DNA from: the human T2T-CHM13v2.0 reference genome, Homo sapiens
Length of the DNA: 64,000 nucleotides
Assembly (NCBI RefSeq): GCF_009914755.1
Contig: NC_060947.1
Direction: 5' to 3' (one strand)
A model generated the notes under the pieces. It was not told where the DNA came from and made no database searches. It saw only the letters and a program-made list of their open reading frames with translations. Made by a program: the position numbers and the translations under genes. Of the stretch, positions 43,594 through 60,861 are shown piece after piece. Position 1 is the first letter of the stretch; every line of letters begins with the position of its first letter.

Positions 43594-45346
43594 AAGAAAT
43601 AAACCCATACAGCTATGGCCAATTGATCTTCAACAAGGGTTGATAAGATTATTCAATGGGAGAAAAAATAGCCTCTGACAAATGGTGCTGCGACAACTAG
43701 ATAACCACATGCAAAAGAATAAAGTTAAACATTTACTTCATATCATATATAGAAACTAACTCGAGATCAAAGACCTAAACATAAGAAATAAAACTGTAAA
43801 ACTCTTATAAGAAAACACAGGGGTAAAACCATGAGCATTGATTTGGCAATGGTTTCTTAAATATGACACCATGACATACAGACAGCTTATAAGTGAAAAT
43901 AAAAAAAAAATGACACTAAAAGCACAAGTAACAGATAAAAAATAAACTAGACTTCATTAAAATTAAAAACTCTTGTGCAAAGGTCGCCACTAAGTGAGTG
44001 AGAAGGCAATTCACAGAACTGGAGAAAATATTAGAATATAGAAAGAATTCTTACAACTCAATAAAAAAACAACCTATTTAAAAAACAGCCAAAAAATGTG
44101 AATAGACATTTCTCCAAAGAAAATATACAAATGGCCAATAGCCACATAAAAAGATGGTCAACATTATTAGTCATTAAAGAAATGAGATTCAAAATCACAA
44201 TGAACTACCACTTCACACTAAGATGATTATGATAATACCTGAAAACCAGAAAACAGCAAGTGTTGAGGATGTGGAGAAATTGGAGAAATACATTGCTGGT
44301 GGGAACAGAAAATGGTGTAGCTGCTGTGGAAAAGTTTAGTGGTTCGTCGAGAAGTTAAGCACAGAACTATCATATAACCCAGCAATTTCACTCCTAGGTA
44401 TATTCCCAAAAGATTTTAAAACAGGGACTTGAACAGATAATTGTAAACAAATCTTCATAGCAGCACTACGCACAACAGCCAGAAGGTGGAAACCATACAA
44501 ATGTCCAACACCTTGTACAACACAAATGTCCAACGTGCTATTATTCAGACATAAAAAGGAATGAAGTATCAATACATATGACGTGGAGGAACCTTGAAAA
44601 CATCATGCTAAGTGAAAGAAACCAGATACAAAAAGTCACATAATGATTCCATTGATAGGAAATATCCAGAATAGGCAAATCCATAGAGACAGAAAGCAGT
44701 GGTTTCCAGAGGCTGGGTGAAATGGGGAATGGGAAATGACTGCTTATTGGTGCCAAGTTTCCTTTAGAGTTGATGAAAATGTTCTGGAACTACATAATGG
44801 TGACTGCACAATATTGTGAATGTACTAAATGTCAGAATTGTATACTTTATCATGGTTAGAATGGTAAATTTTGTGTGTACTTTACCACAATAAAAAATTT
44901 AAAAATTAAAGAAAAGTTTTGAAATTAGAGAACAAATGAAGAGGATCTGTTGTTGTTATAGCTGGCAAAACTATTAAGTTCTAACATGCCAGTGCAGCAC
45001 ATTCTTATATTTTACATCCAATAGAAACGGTTTTACAAAAGAAAGGTCAGAGTCTTTTTCACTATGCTAGAGATGACTTCTAAGGATTGTTAAACATAAA
45101 GGTACATTATGTGTCCATTCAAAAGAAGAAATACCCTTTTTTATAATAGCAAGGGGAAAAAGGAAAATAATTGAGCAAAGTGTTTGATTTCAACCAAGTG
45201 TTTGCAGGTGAACAAACTTCAGTATTCAAATGTAAAGCAGGTGTTTTTTTGTAGGACACTGAAAAATATTCATTAATGAAGCATTAGCAAGATATCATTT
45301 TACAAAGCATAATTATGCAAATTTTCATCAGTACTGCTCTTTTCTT

Positions 45347-45352
45347 TTTAAT
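45347..45352 (-). terminator. Candidate distal polyadenylation signal ATTAAA for an extended CUL4B 3' UTR
   Basis: TTTAAT on + strand inside the repeat-free stretch 44.9-46.1 kb. Confidence 0.5.
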
Positions 45353-46074
45353 GAACAATTTGTTTTGGCAATTTTATGTAAATAAGAGAATAGAACACGC
45401 TCACAACACTCCTGCCATTCACAGCATTAAACAGAGTGGTCATGAAAACAAAGACCAGCTCATTTTAAAAGATTTATGAATATCCAGATTAAAAAACAAA
45501 CTTCTCAAATCTTTAGATCCAGATGCCCAGATAAACTGGTTTTCTGAACTGTACACTCACATACACAGCAAAAATTTCAAGAGTATGGCTAGACATCATA
45601 TTAAGACCATTCAAGCAGACTCAGGAACTGGGTTCAAAAACTTTGAGGAACATCTTACTCTGAGAGTATCTGGCCCAGAACTCAAAAAACTATTAACAGA
45701 AAAGGCAGAGCAAATGCCATAACTAAGAGTAATCTTTTCTTCTCCCCTGAACTCAAATCTAGACTCATTTCATATTGACTTTATGAAACAATTTGACACT
45801 GAGGATTTGAATGAAGCAATGTTTATACTTGTATCCGCATGTTTAAGAATAATTATCCACCTTGAGGATTCCTGGGAATTTTCCTCACCCTGTTAACCAT
45901 GCCCTCCCCCATACTCTTATAGCATTACCACAAAACCATTACAAAATTTTTAAAAAGTTTAAAAATAACAAAATCAACAAATGTGAGTTCATTAGAAGTT
46001 GTTAGGAAGATTTTAAGTCCTGTGATTTTATAACTTTCTTACAATACTTGAATTTTAAAGATCTTCTCTAGAAA

Positions 46075-48224
46075 CTTTTTTTAAATAAAAGTTTTATTGG
46101 AGAAAAATAGAACCACCACGTACACAGGGAAAAGAGCACAAAAATTCAACTGATACAGAACAACAACTGAAAGTCACAATTATCCAATGTAGTTTGCAAT
46201 TACTTTTCAGTTTCTTAAACAGCTCCCCTCAACTTTTTTTTTTTAACAGTCTTGCTAATTTTTCAGCTGAAACAGCATCAAGTTTTCAAAGAATTAAGAG
46301 CCTCGGGGAGGGGACCCGCTTTCAAGATACTGAAGGTGACATCAAGAGTCTCCTCCTAACAGGACCAACTCTATCTAAAAGTTGCTTACGAGTAACTTGA
46401 ATCTTGTGTAATAGTCTACATCTCACAGACCATCAGGGATGAGTTAGAACACTGTTGTTGATGGTCCGGTATGAAGAGAGGGTAAACAAAATAGCTGCAT
46501 TTGCTTGTCAGCTGAGCTCATATAAAGAAATCAGTGAGGAGCTGAGAAAATATAGGCAATGGCTGCTCAATAAGAATTACAAGTTCCGAATACCACATAT
46601 AGTTAGACACCAGTGTGCAAGTTGATGCAACTAGAAAGAAATAGACGACTTTTTAAAATACCTGGCCACAGGTCTTTGAGAACTCAAGCAAACAATCAAC
46701 AGTAGACACAAGAGTCAAAAATCTTCTCAGGTTGAAGATTAGGACATAGGTAATCTTCCTAACGGCTCCAACAGGCAAGGAAATATGCTGTGGCAAAAAG
46801 CATTAAGTAGTTCTGATTTTTAACAAACATAAACAAAATTTTCTGCTTCTCCTCCCTTCAAAGCTTCAAGGAAATAGAAACAAGGAAACAAAATAAAAAC
46901 AAAAAAAAATCAGTGACAGTAAAGAGAAGCCTTTGCTTGAATTATCAATTCGAAAAACAGTACTTTTGCCATTTTGTATATATAAACAATCTTGGGACAT
47001 TCTCCTGAAAACTAGGTGTCCAGTGGCTAAGAGAACTCGATTTCAAGCAATTCTGAAAGGAAAACCAGCATGACACAGAATCTCAAATTCCCAAACAGGG
47101 GCTCTGTGGGAAAAATGAGGGAGGACCTTTGTATCTAGGGTTTTAGCAAGTTAAAATGAAGATGACAGGAAAGGCTTATTTATCAACAAAGAGAAGAGTT
47201 GGGATGCTTCTAAAAAAAACTTTGGTAGAGAAAATAGGAATGCTAAATCCTAGGAAGCCTGTAACAATCTACAATTGGTCCAAGTTGAAGACAAAACTGT
47301 CCAAACAACATTTAAAGTCTAAAGTATGTTGAAAACTAGTTGCAAAGTTTTTGCTCCTGTAACAATTTACAAAACACGTTCATTTTGGTCTCTTTTGCAA
47401 TTTTCTTATTGTATTCATTTTTAATATAAAGAGTTGGATTTTTCTCTTCTATGATGTTCCTCTAGTACAACTGATCATTAATTTTCTACTTTAGCTATTT
47501 TTATAAGTACTTGTTAATCAGCACAGTTAACTTGGGGCTAAGCCATATACACACATCCCATACTCATAAATGAAAATTTTTAGGATGTGAATATACAAGA
47601 TATTATGTAAGCAACTGTCCCCCTACTTGAAAACTTGTTTCCAAATAATTTTTTTTAAAAAACATCCCTTTCAGTGTAACAGAACATCACCTAGTAAAAT
47701 ATCAATAGCTATGACAATTCATTTCTCTTTTCAAGGGAAATCACAAAACGGGTGAACAACCAAGTCAAGGGTGGTTTTTCTATTTGATAAATACATCCAG
47801 AACTCTGTACAGTAAATAAAGTTTGCATGCAGTTTAAGTATCTTTAAATGACATTTTAAGCAAATAAACCTTTTGCTTCATAATTAATGGTGTGTAAGAA
47901 CCCTCCCCCCTTTTTAATAGCCACAGGGATCTCTTTCCCAGTTCCAAAGAGGAATTCATGAAGACCAGGTACGTTCTTAAGTGTTTTCTGCACATCATAC
48001 TAAATAACATGCAAAGAGTTCAACAACATTCTTCTTAAAGGTAAGTATTACTCTTTAAAATGGGCATGTTAACCACTGAGAAAAAGTCCACTCAACTATT
48101 TCCATTAATTACACTGCTTCATTTGGTCATCGGTAGTAAAAAAGGAGTCAAATAATATTGAATCAACAGGTTAGTTTATCCACTGGCTACTGCATATGAC
48201 ACCAAATGCTGCAAGGCCAACATT
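46075..48224 (-). other. CUL4B: CUL4B 3' UTR (~2.1 kb to the main poly(A) signal)
   Basis: Repeat-free AU-rich sequence from the stop codon to the AATAAA at 46093-46098; cleavage position estimated. Confidence 0.8.
46093..46098 (-). terminator. Polyadenylation signal AATAAA (main CUL4B 3' end)
   Basis: TTTATT on + strand; first canonical hexamer I found downstream of the stop. Confidence 0.75.
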
Positions 48225-48380
<156 letters not shown>

Positions 48381-48455
48381 TTAATACCCCATTAAAAAGA
48401 CAACAGTTTCGGCTCATGAATTTAATCTCCTTTTTTAAAATTTTTATTTATTTAA

Positions 48456-48825
<370 letters not shown>

Positions 48826-48841
48826 TGAAGATTCTTTAACG

Positions 48842-49294
48842 CCAAAAGTGTTTTTGATTTTTGATTTTTTTTTGGAGCTTTTAATTTTTTTAATAGACAG
48901 GGTCTTGCTATGTCGCCCAGGCTGACCTTAAACTCTTGTTCTGGAGTAATCCCCCCAGCCTCAGCCTCCCAAAGTACTGGAATCCCAGTACTCACAGGTG
49001 TGAGCTACCATGCCTGGTCCTGACTTTTTCATTTTGGTATATTTGCATATACATAGTGAGATACCATGGAGATGGGACCCAAGTCTAAACACAAAATTCA
49101 TCTATGTTTCATACATACCTTACATAGCCTGAAGATAATTTTATACCTTTTGTGCATGAAACAAAGTTTTGACTGCAACCTGTCAAATGAGGTAAAGTGT
49201 GGAATTTTCCACCTGTGGCATCATGTTGGCATTCAAAGTTTCCAATTTTAGAGCATTTCAGATTTTGGATTCTCATTAAAGGTGTTCAACCTGT
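48842..49294. mobile_element. Tigger4 (MER46/Zombi)-type DNA transposon in the last CUL4B intron, interrupted by an Alu monomer
   Basis: ggagatgggacccaagtctaaacacaaaattcat...ttcaacctgTA terminus. Confidence 0.7.
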
Positions 49295-49584
49295 ACTATA
49301 TACTATACATACATTAAACTGTCACATCCTTGTCATATTGTTACGGAATACTTTCTATTACTTTTCTATTTTAAAGAGGTCATGCCAGAAGCAGCTACCC
49401 TTCGCGTGGTTAAATACAAAAGACTACATTTATTGTAACTTCACATGAGCACTGTAAGGTAGTTTAAGGACACAGAATACTAGTTTTGTCAAGATAGTTC
49501 ATGAAGCACACCTTTACTTTGGGCAAGAGTTAGTTGGCTTCATTTTTATAAATTAAGATTTAAAACGTACTGATGAAATCACTA

Positions 49585-49894
<310 letters not shown>

Positions 49895-49926
49895 TTAAAA
49901 GAATACTGGACAGGTGCAGTGGCTCA

Positions 49927-50231
<305 letters not shown>

Positions 50232-51541
50232 TTAGATCTTCATATTTCTGGTTTAGTGCATCTAAGTGACTTGGATTTCTGCATCCTGTGATTTAAAAGT
50301 AATCAAGAAAGCTTGTAGCTTTATCTTCATGATTGCATTCTAAGCTCCTGGATGACAAAATTCCACTATATATCTTATGTATCTAGTCTGTAAATATAAT
50401 ATAATCTTGTTTGCTAATAGAAAGTTTTTCAGGATAAGTAAAATGACCACTTGTTCAAGAGGGGAAAAGAGGGGAAGTAGTCTGATACAGCAGTGAAAAT
50501 TTTATCCAGTAATCCCAAGGTTGGGAAATCAGATGACTTCTCTTAATTATGGTGAAAGACCTAGAATATCAGCACAATATTAACTACAGCGATCCCCTAA
50601 TTTCCCCAGCATCAGTGATCTCTCTGGCTTGAGGTGAAATGACTATTAAGCAGAGCATGAGGGTGAGAGGGTGGTAATGAGGAGTGCGATATTAGGTTTG
50701 GAGAAAAGAAAATGCTTACCTTATTAGAACTAAGAGCTACCGAGTGCTTATTATGTACCAGGTCCAGTGCTAAGATTTTTACATTCATGATCTCACTTAA
50801 ACCTCACAATAATCCTACAAGGTAAGTACTATTATTATCTCAGTTTTACAAAAGAGGAAACAAGATCAGCATGGTGAAGTGATTTATGAAAGTCCAAAGC
50901 TCATAAGAACCCTAATAGCTAGCAGTCTATTCAAACTCTATCAATGTTTATCATCCAAGGGTTTGGCTATCTACCTCCTAAAACTTGGAAAAAAGGCCAG
51001 TACAACATCACATTAAGTGACTTTATTATTGGTCATTCACAATGGAACGTTTCCATTTAATGACCAATTTCAGTTTACCAGAACTATCACTACACTTTTC
51101 AAAAAGATGCTTAATCATGACTAGTTATCTGTATGGTTTTTAACAGATGATCTCTTATATAAGCTAACTAAACAGGAGATTTAACTCAATCCACAATAAC
51201 TAAATCTGTCAAATACCATGGTATTTCAATAAATACCATGGTATTTCAAGAGGAAAAGAAGTAAATAACCAACCAAGAAGTTCAAAAGAAATATAGTGAA
51301 TAAACTTGAAAATTTCAAACACTCATTTAGCAGTTAAACTTTCAGGTATCCAGGCTTTTCTGTTATTTTTCCCTTTTGTCACTGCTGCCCACATATGCCA
51401 ACAAAGTTTTTTTTTTTGGAAATCATATGCATCAACATGGGAAATTAAAACTTTTCTCTCTCTAAATGGTCATGACGCTTTATGTTTGCAAGATTTGTGT
51501 CTGAAAATCTAATGTACTTTCTTTTATTTATAACACGCTCA

Positions 51542-51718
<177 letters not shown>

Positions 51719-52679
51719 CTAACAAAAAAGTTTTAAACCTAGGAATTATACCAGAAGCAAAACCTGACTATTTACATAAATTGTGCATTTTAGGGACATG
51801 ACATTGTTATTGCTTTAAAGGTACTGAATTATCTAAATGGGGTCTTATAAATATAGATGCTGACAGAGAAAAATCCTACAAACATAACTCCTTTCTGTTC
51901 TGATTATATTGCCCTATACCAATGAAGTAATGCTAATATTAGTTAATAGAAAAACATCATCTTTGAATTGCTTTTCTAGAAGTAGAGATAGCTGATGTGG
52001 AATTTACCATTTTGTTTTTTTACTCTGTCTTTGATATATCTTCTAAATGTGTGTATCAGTTTCAATGGATTGTTAACCAGATTTCTCTATGACAATAGCT
52101 TGTCTATAAGGTGACTCTGTCTGATCTCTGACTCAAGGCATGGTATTAACTGGCTAAGCAAACTAGTTAAGAGTCAACCTCTTTGAAAATTAATTTTTAT
52201 TTTGTAATATATAAATCAGACATGCATGCCATTAGTGCTTACAATCCTTCAAGACTTACAGAAATGTAGGTATTTAGGAGGCGGTTTACCAATCTTGATG
52301 CTAAAGTAAAAATGTTCATCTTTAGTAATTAAACCAAAAAAACAGTTTGGCCTTTTTGCAGCAGTTTCTTCCTGGTACAGCATAAATGTTTTAAAAGTAA
52401 GGACATGGTAATCCTTTAAGAAAATATCCTGTCTTTGATGTGTATGTGAAAATGACAGGAACTTGTTTGGAGATACTGGTCGCTGTCCTACATTAAAATT
52501 TTTTCAGTCGGGCTCAGTGGCTCACACCTATAATTCCAGCACTTTGGGAGGCCGAGATGGGCGGATCATGAGGTCAGGAGTTCAAGACCTGCCTGGTCAA
52601 TATGGTGAAAACCCATCTCTACTTAAAATACAAAAATTAGCCGGGCATGGTCGCTCACGCATGTAGTCCCAGCTACTCA

Positions 52680-52805
<126 letters not shown>

Positions 52806-52837
52806 TCAAATATTGCATTAAACCTTATTGGAACTGA

Positions 52838-53254
<417 letters not shown>

Positions 53255-53699
53255 TAAATCAATTCAGATTTTTCACCAAGCAAGTTGGCAAAAGAAAATA
53301 TAATCTTTAGTGCTGGGGGACATAGTAAGACAGGCTCTCATATGCTGCTGGACAGAGTATAAACTGGTCCAGCCTTTCCGGAACACAATATGACATTATG
53401 TACTAAGACTCCTAAAATGTTCATACCCTTTAACCCAAAAAAATCTACTTCCACAAATTTATCATATATCAGAGATTAAAATTTAGTTTCAAAGAGGTTT
53501 CTTGCAATCTTATTTATAATACTAATAAGTCATGAATTTAATTGCCCCAAAATGAACAGTGGTTGAACAAACTATAAGAGCCATGTAAAAATATTACACT
53601 GCCATCTGCCATTTTTCGAAGCTATTTAATGGCATGGAAAAATTCTAAAGATTGAATACTAAATAAACAAAGTAAGATATGAAACTATGTTGAGTATCA

Positions 53700-54077
<378 letters not shown>

Positions 54078-54220
54078 TTAGTTATTTGTTACCAGCATGA
54101 ACAACTACGACATTCTACCTCAATCTAGCTTCCACTCCATCCCCCTATTAAAACTATTTCATTTTTTCCCAAAGGTCACCAACAACTTTTCTTTGTTCTA
54201 GCCAATGGCTTTTTTCCTAG

Positions 54221-54373
<153 letters not shown>

Positions 54374-55268
54374 TAAAGACGTCAATTATCATACCATGTG
54401 GGCAACTACCAAATATTCCAAAATGACATTTCACTTCTCTCCAGTTGCACGTTTAAAGGGCAATTCCGCCTGGCTGTTTTACTATCAACTGTAGTTACGT
54501 CCAAAATTTGATTCATCATCTCCATATAACTGTGTCCTCTTTCCAATTGTCAGTGGTGATACCACTAACCTTCTCAGTTGGGAAACCCTAAAATCATCTT
54601 TTAACTTTTCCTTCTCCTTCATCCTCAACATAATAGCTAGCCGCTGCTTCCGCAGAGATGAGTTTTCTCCATTTTCATGGTCTCATTCTAGTCTAAGTCC
54701 CTTCTACTTTATGCCTGAATCATCCCAATAGCATCTAAACTGGAATCCCTTGATCCTTCCAGTTGCCCTGTAGATTGATTTCAGTAAGTGGTCCAAATAA
54801 TTACTTCCACCATGCCACATAGTTGAGACACTACAGTGTAGGTTTCATTTGCTAGACTTATCAGGTTCTCCACAATCAGGCCCTACTCATCTTACCTAAT
54901 TTTTTAACTCACTATTCTATGTTACAATTAAGCTCTTCATGATTCTTCATGATTCTATGCTACAATTAAGCTCTTCATGGGCCTATACTGTGCCCATTCC
55001 TACCTCCCAACCTCATCTCAAAATATTTCCCCTTGCTGTATATGCCTTCTCCCTGACCAAAACTTGAAGGCCCAGCTCAAATGCCACTTGCTTCATGACA
55101 GCTTTCCCAATTGTGCCAGTCCACGGTGATCTCTTGCTTTGTTGCACTCTTACCACACTTATAGTCAGTACCACAAGCCAGTACTTATGGGTTTTGACAT
55201 TATTTCAAGTGTCATTTCCCCCTTTCCCTATGGTTATATAAAGAGTTCTGGCCAGGCGCGGTGGCTCA

Positions 55269-55640
<372 letters not shown>

Positions 55641-55939
55641 CTAAGCAACATAGTGAGACCCTGTCTCTACAAAAAAAAATTTTAAAAATTAGCCAGGCAC
55701 GGTGGCATGCACTTGTAGTCCCATCTGCTTGGCAGGCTGAGGCAGGAGAATCACTTGAGCCTGAGCCATGATTGTACCACTGGACCCCAGCCTGGGTGAC
55801 AGAGTGAGACCCTGTCTCATTAAAAAAAAAGAAAAAAAAAACTCAAAACAGTTCTGAGGCAAGGAATTATTCCTATAAATATGTCCCCCAGACCTCTTAA
55901 CATAGTGGTGTGCACATAGTGAACAATTAATGTTTGCTA

Positions 55940-56071
<132 letters not shown>

Positions 56072-56949
56072 TTAGTCATCACTTTTTTAAAAACACATGA
56101 AAAATTAATCATCTCTTATAGGAAAAGCATTTTTCAATTAGTGGATTTAGAAACATGATTAGCATTATCCAGCAAAGCCACTTGACGTGGTAATACAGTA
56201 TTTCAGTGTGAGGTTTAGGTGTGACCCTACCTAAAATAGGGGGAAGGATTAGCTGACCTTTTAACAGTTTTTTTTTAAGCCTTATAAATAGAATACAGTA
56301 ATGAAAATTAATCAGCCTTATGTGTCATTCTAGATATTCATCACAAGCAGCAAGAAATCACTATTTCAAATGTATTTTTGATTTGTTTGGCTCAGATTAG
56401 TCATGAAAAGCTAAAGTTTTTTGAGATTAGATATTGCACACTGTTTCCCTTAACTCCCACTCTATTCGTAGCTCCCAGCAACAAGATTTCTGTCAAGAAG
56501 TGGCAGTGTTAGACTAAGTGTAGTTGCTCATGCCTGTAATCCCAGCACTTTAGGAAGCGGAGGCAGGGGGATAGCTTGAGCCCATGAGTTTGAGGTTACA
56601 GTGAACTATGATTGTGCCACTGTACTCCTGCCTGGGTGACAGAGTGGGACCCTATCTCTAAAAATAAACAAATAAATAAAAATAGGAAGTGGCAGTGTAC
56701 AGTTTTCATCCACAGGTGAGGAAAGGGTAGGGGGAAAGTTCACTGCTTTTCATTTTGCAGAAGGGCCAAATCAATCGTGGAAAGACCACACACCTAAAAT
56801 TACTTAAAAATACATAAAGCTATGACAAACTATCACTGTCATCATGCGGATATCTAGGATACAATTATAAAACAACAGCTTAAACTGGCCAGATGCGGTG
56901 GTTCACACCTGTAATCCCAGCACTTTAGGAGGCCGAGGCGCGTGGATCA

Positions 56950-57222
<273 letters not shown>

Positions 57223-57269
57223 TCAGTTAAGAAGGATGACCTAAACATTAAAGATAAAGATGAAAACTA

Positions 57270-57407
<138 letters not shown>

Positions 57408-58375
57408 CTAAAGTAAATAAAATAAGGCTTTATTTAAGCTCTGTATCCAATACCACATTTACCATTTTTATACTTACCTCATGTGATATAGTTTCTGGAA
57501 AATTTTAAGACTATATCCAGTAGGTCCACCAATCACTTTGATGAAAAACAATGATCTCCCAACCACCAAATCAAATGGGATTTATTAGGATTTATACCTT
57601 TTGCTCTCTCTGAACATTTAATCATCCCCTCTTTTGAAACATTCACCTGCAGCAGCTTTTGTGCCTCTGCACTATGCTGCTTCCTTTATTTCACTGTTGC
57701 TTCTGCATTGGTTTCCTTCACAGGTTCCTCTTTCTACCATCTGCCAAATGTGAGCCTTTTCTAAAGTTCTGCCTCTGCTGTTTTTTCTTCCTCTTTGAGA
57801 GAAATCTACTCCCTGGGCCTTCATAATCATCTCCATGGAGGATTCTCAATATCTATCTGTCTAGCCTTAATCCCTTTTATGGGCTTCAGTCCTGGACTAG
57901 ACAGTTTACCAGGAGTCAGGATAGATTTAATCAAGGACCCATCATTTAGCAATCCCACCTATGGGTGAAATATGTGCAAGAATTCTTAATAGCTAGGTAG
58001 AGTGAGGGGTATAACCTGGGAAGATGGAAGAAGAGCCAGGGAAATTGACCCTGAACCCAGAAATTTGGCATTATTAGCTATGTGCTTAACTGGACTTCTA
58101 AGTACAAAAGTAAAACATTAAAGCAGTTGGTATTTGGTGTTGGTGCGCTTACTGACATACACTTTTAAAAGTATCCATGCCAAGCCTGGTGACTTACACC
58201 TGTAATCCCAGCACTTCGGAAGGCTGAGGCGGGGGGGATCACTTGAGCCCAAGAGTTCAAGACCAGCCTGAGCAATACAGCGAGACCCTGGGTCTCTATT
58301 TTTTTCTAAGTATCTATTTTTAAATGACAAGCAAAATGGAAATGCTATGATTTCTATGCCTATAACTCAGTTCTA

Positions 58376-58498
<123 letters not shown>

Positions 58499-59575
58499 CT
58501 ATAAGAAGATCAAAACACACACTGAGATCTTAAAACTGCATACATTTCATATCATAATAACCTATTTAAGAAGTTCCCTGTTATGAAATTACATGCAAAC
58601 ACTGACCATCCTTAAAATAAAAGGCAACTATTAAGAAGACTTTAAATGAAACCTACACAAAATGCACTAGGCAAGTACAGAGGTTAACATTTTGATACAA
58701 AGGCATACAAGGATCACATGACCTCATTACAGGCGTTATCAACTTAAATAATTTCTCACATACAGCTGGGCCGTTATAGGATCTCTTCTCCATTCTTTTC
58801 CCCAATACCACCTGCAGTCCCCACCTTTGAATACCCCTATGTGGCTTAAACACCTTGCAGCAACCCCCATTCCTCACCCCCCAGCCAGCCCAAGTCTCCA
58901 GTTTTTCACTTGCTCCACTGCCTGTCTGCAGGGAGTGACCTGGAGTAGGGAAGGAAAAAGAGGGGAAAAGGGCAAAGCAGATAAGCCCTATTCTGTAGCT
59001 ACTATAGAATCCATAATCTTACTGACCCTGATTTTTTCTTAATTCTTTCACTTCCACTTCCCACCTTAGCAACACTGTGGGGTAAAGAAGTCACTACTAA
59101 AACCCAAAAGAGGAAAATCTAATTTGCCATCATTATCACCTATGATCTTAAACATTTCAAAACTACTTTCTACCTACATCTTCAAAACTGTGGATCTAGC
59201 TTTCTATCCCCAATGTCCCCAAAGGCTTTTATACAGCTGCATTATCACTTCTCCTCTCTCCCCATTGCAAGCTCTGAACATGCAAATTACCAAACGATAA
59301 GATGCTGAGGAAAGCCCTTTTCCCACTATAGCTCTTCTTGTACTGACTTCAGTTCAATACATTTTATTTTTATTTTTGTGTTATTCTGGGTGTTTGTCAA
59401 AAATAAATCCTAAAGTAGGTCAAATATACTTATATTTCACCAATTTTTTTTTCTACTGTGAATATCACCTCAGTTGCCATGAATTACAACAAACACGTTT
59501 CTATTTATCCTCTTTAGTACAAATCATAGCAAGCAGATAACTAAATACAACTAAGTTTGAGGAATTAAGAGTTTA

Positions 59576-59704
<129 letters not shown>

Positions 59705-60091
59705 TTAAAGTGGTAAAAACAAAAGAGGTTTAAAAGTGGGAAACACGAAATACAAAACTTTAGTATGAAGTATGATCTGTAACTTTCATAAGAATAAAAA
59801 GAAATCCTTACCCCAAAGTGTATGCCCCATTAATTCAGAGTCAAACTCTTTAATCCTGTAGTAACCTTATCTACTATTTAGGTATAAAATAAATGGGAAA
59901 TTTTTATACAAATAATAAAACCAAGAACAATGCTTTATCTTAAAAAAAACAACTCTGGATATTATGTACAATAAGTTGGAAACCTCAGGAGCTTGCTCAA
60001 TTTATGTTTTCATCATATATACATAGACATGAGTGACAAAAGAGGAAATCGATTGAAAGGGTAAAAAGCTAACATTCTCCTTCAGGAATCA

Positions 60092-60304
<213 letters not shown>

Positions 60305-60711
60305 TTAATAAAGCACACCATTATTCCAAGTTATTTTACTTTACACATTTTATTTAAGTTTGTTAAATGCAAGAAACAGTAGAGATCCATTTTTGTGCCA
60401 GACATTTCGAAGTCTTTATTGTAAAACTTTTTTGCATGTAACTGTCTTGATTGCATTAACTTTTCTTCAGAAAAGCTTTTGTGGACTGGTAGCTTTGGTG
60501 CCAATATTTAAGAGATTAAGCCAAGTAGCAAAAATCAAGGCACTTAATACTAGAAGAGCCAAAGCATAGGACAATCAGGTAACATTCCTCACGTATCCCC
60601 CCAATGAATTAAACACAATTTTAAATCTGTAATTTCCAAATAAATATTCCCTCCAGTTTGAATATACTTGCTAGCTTCTCTGTTGAGTGCTATTTTAAAA
60701 GAAAAATATTA

Positions 60712-60861
<150 letters not shown>

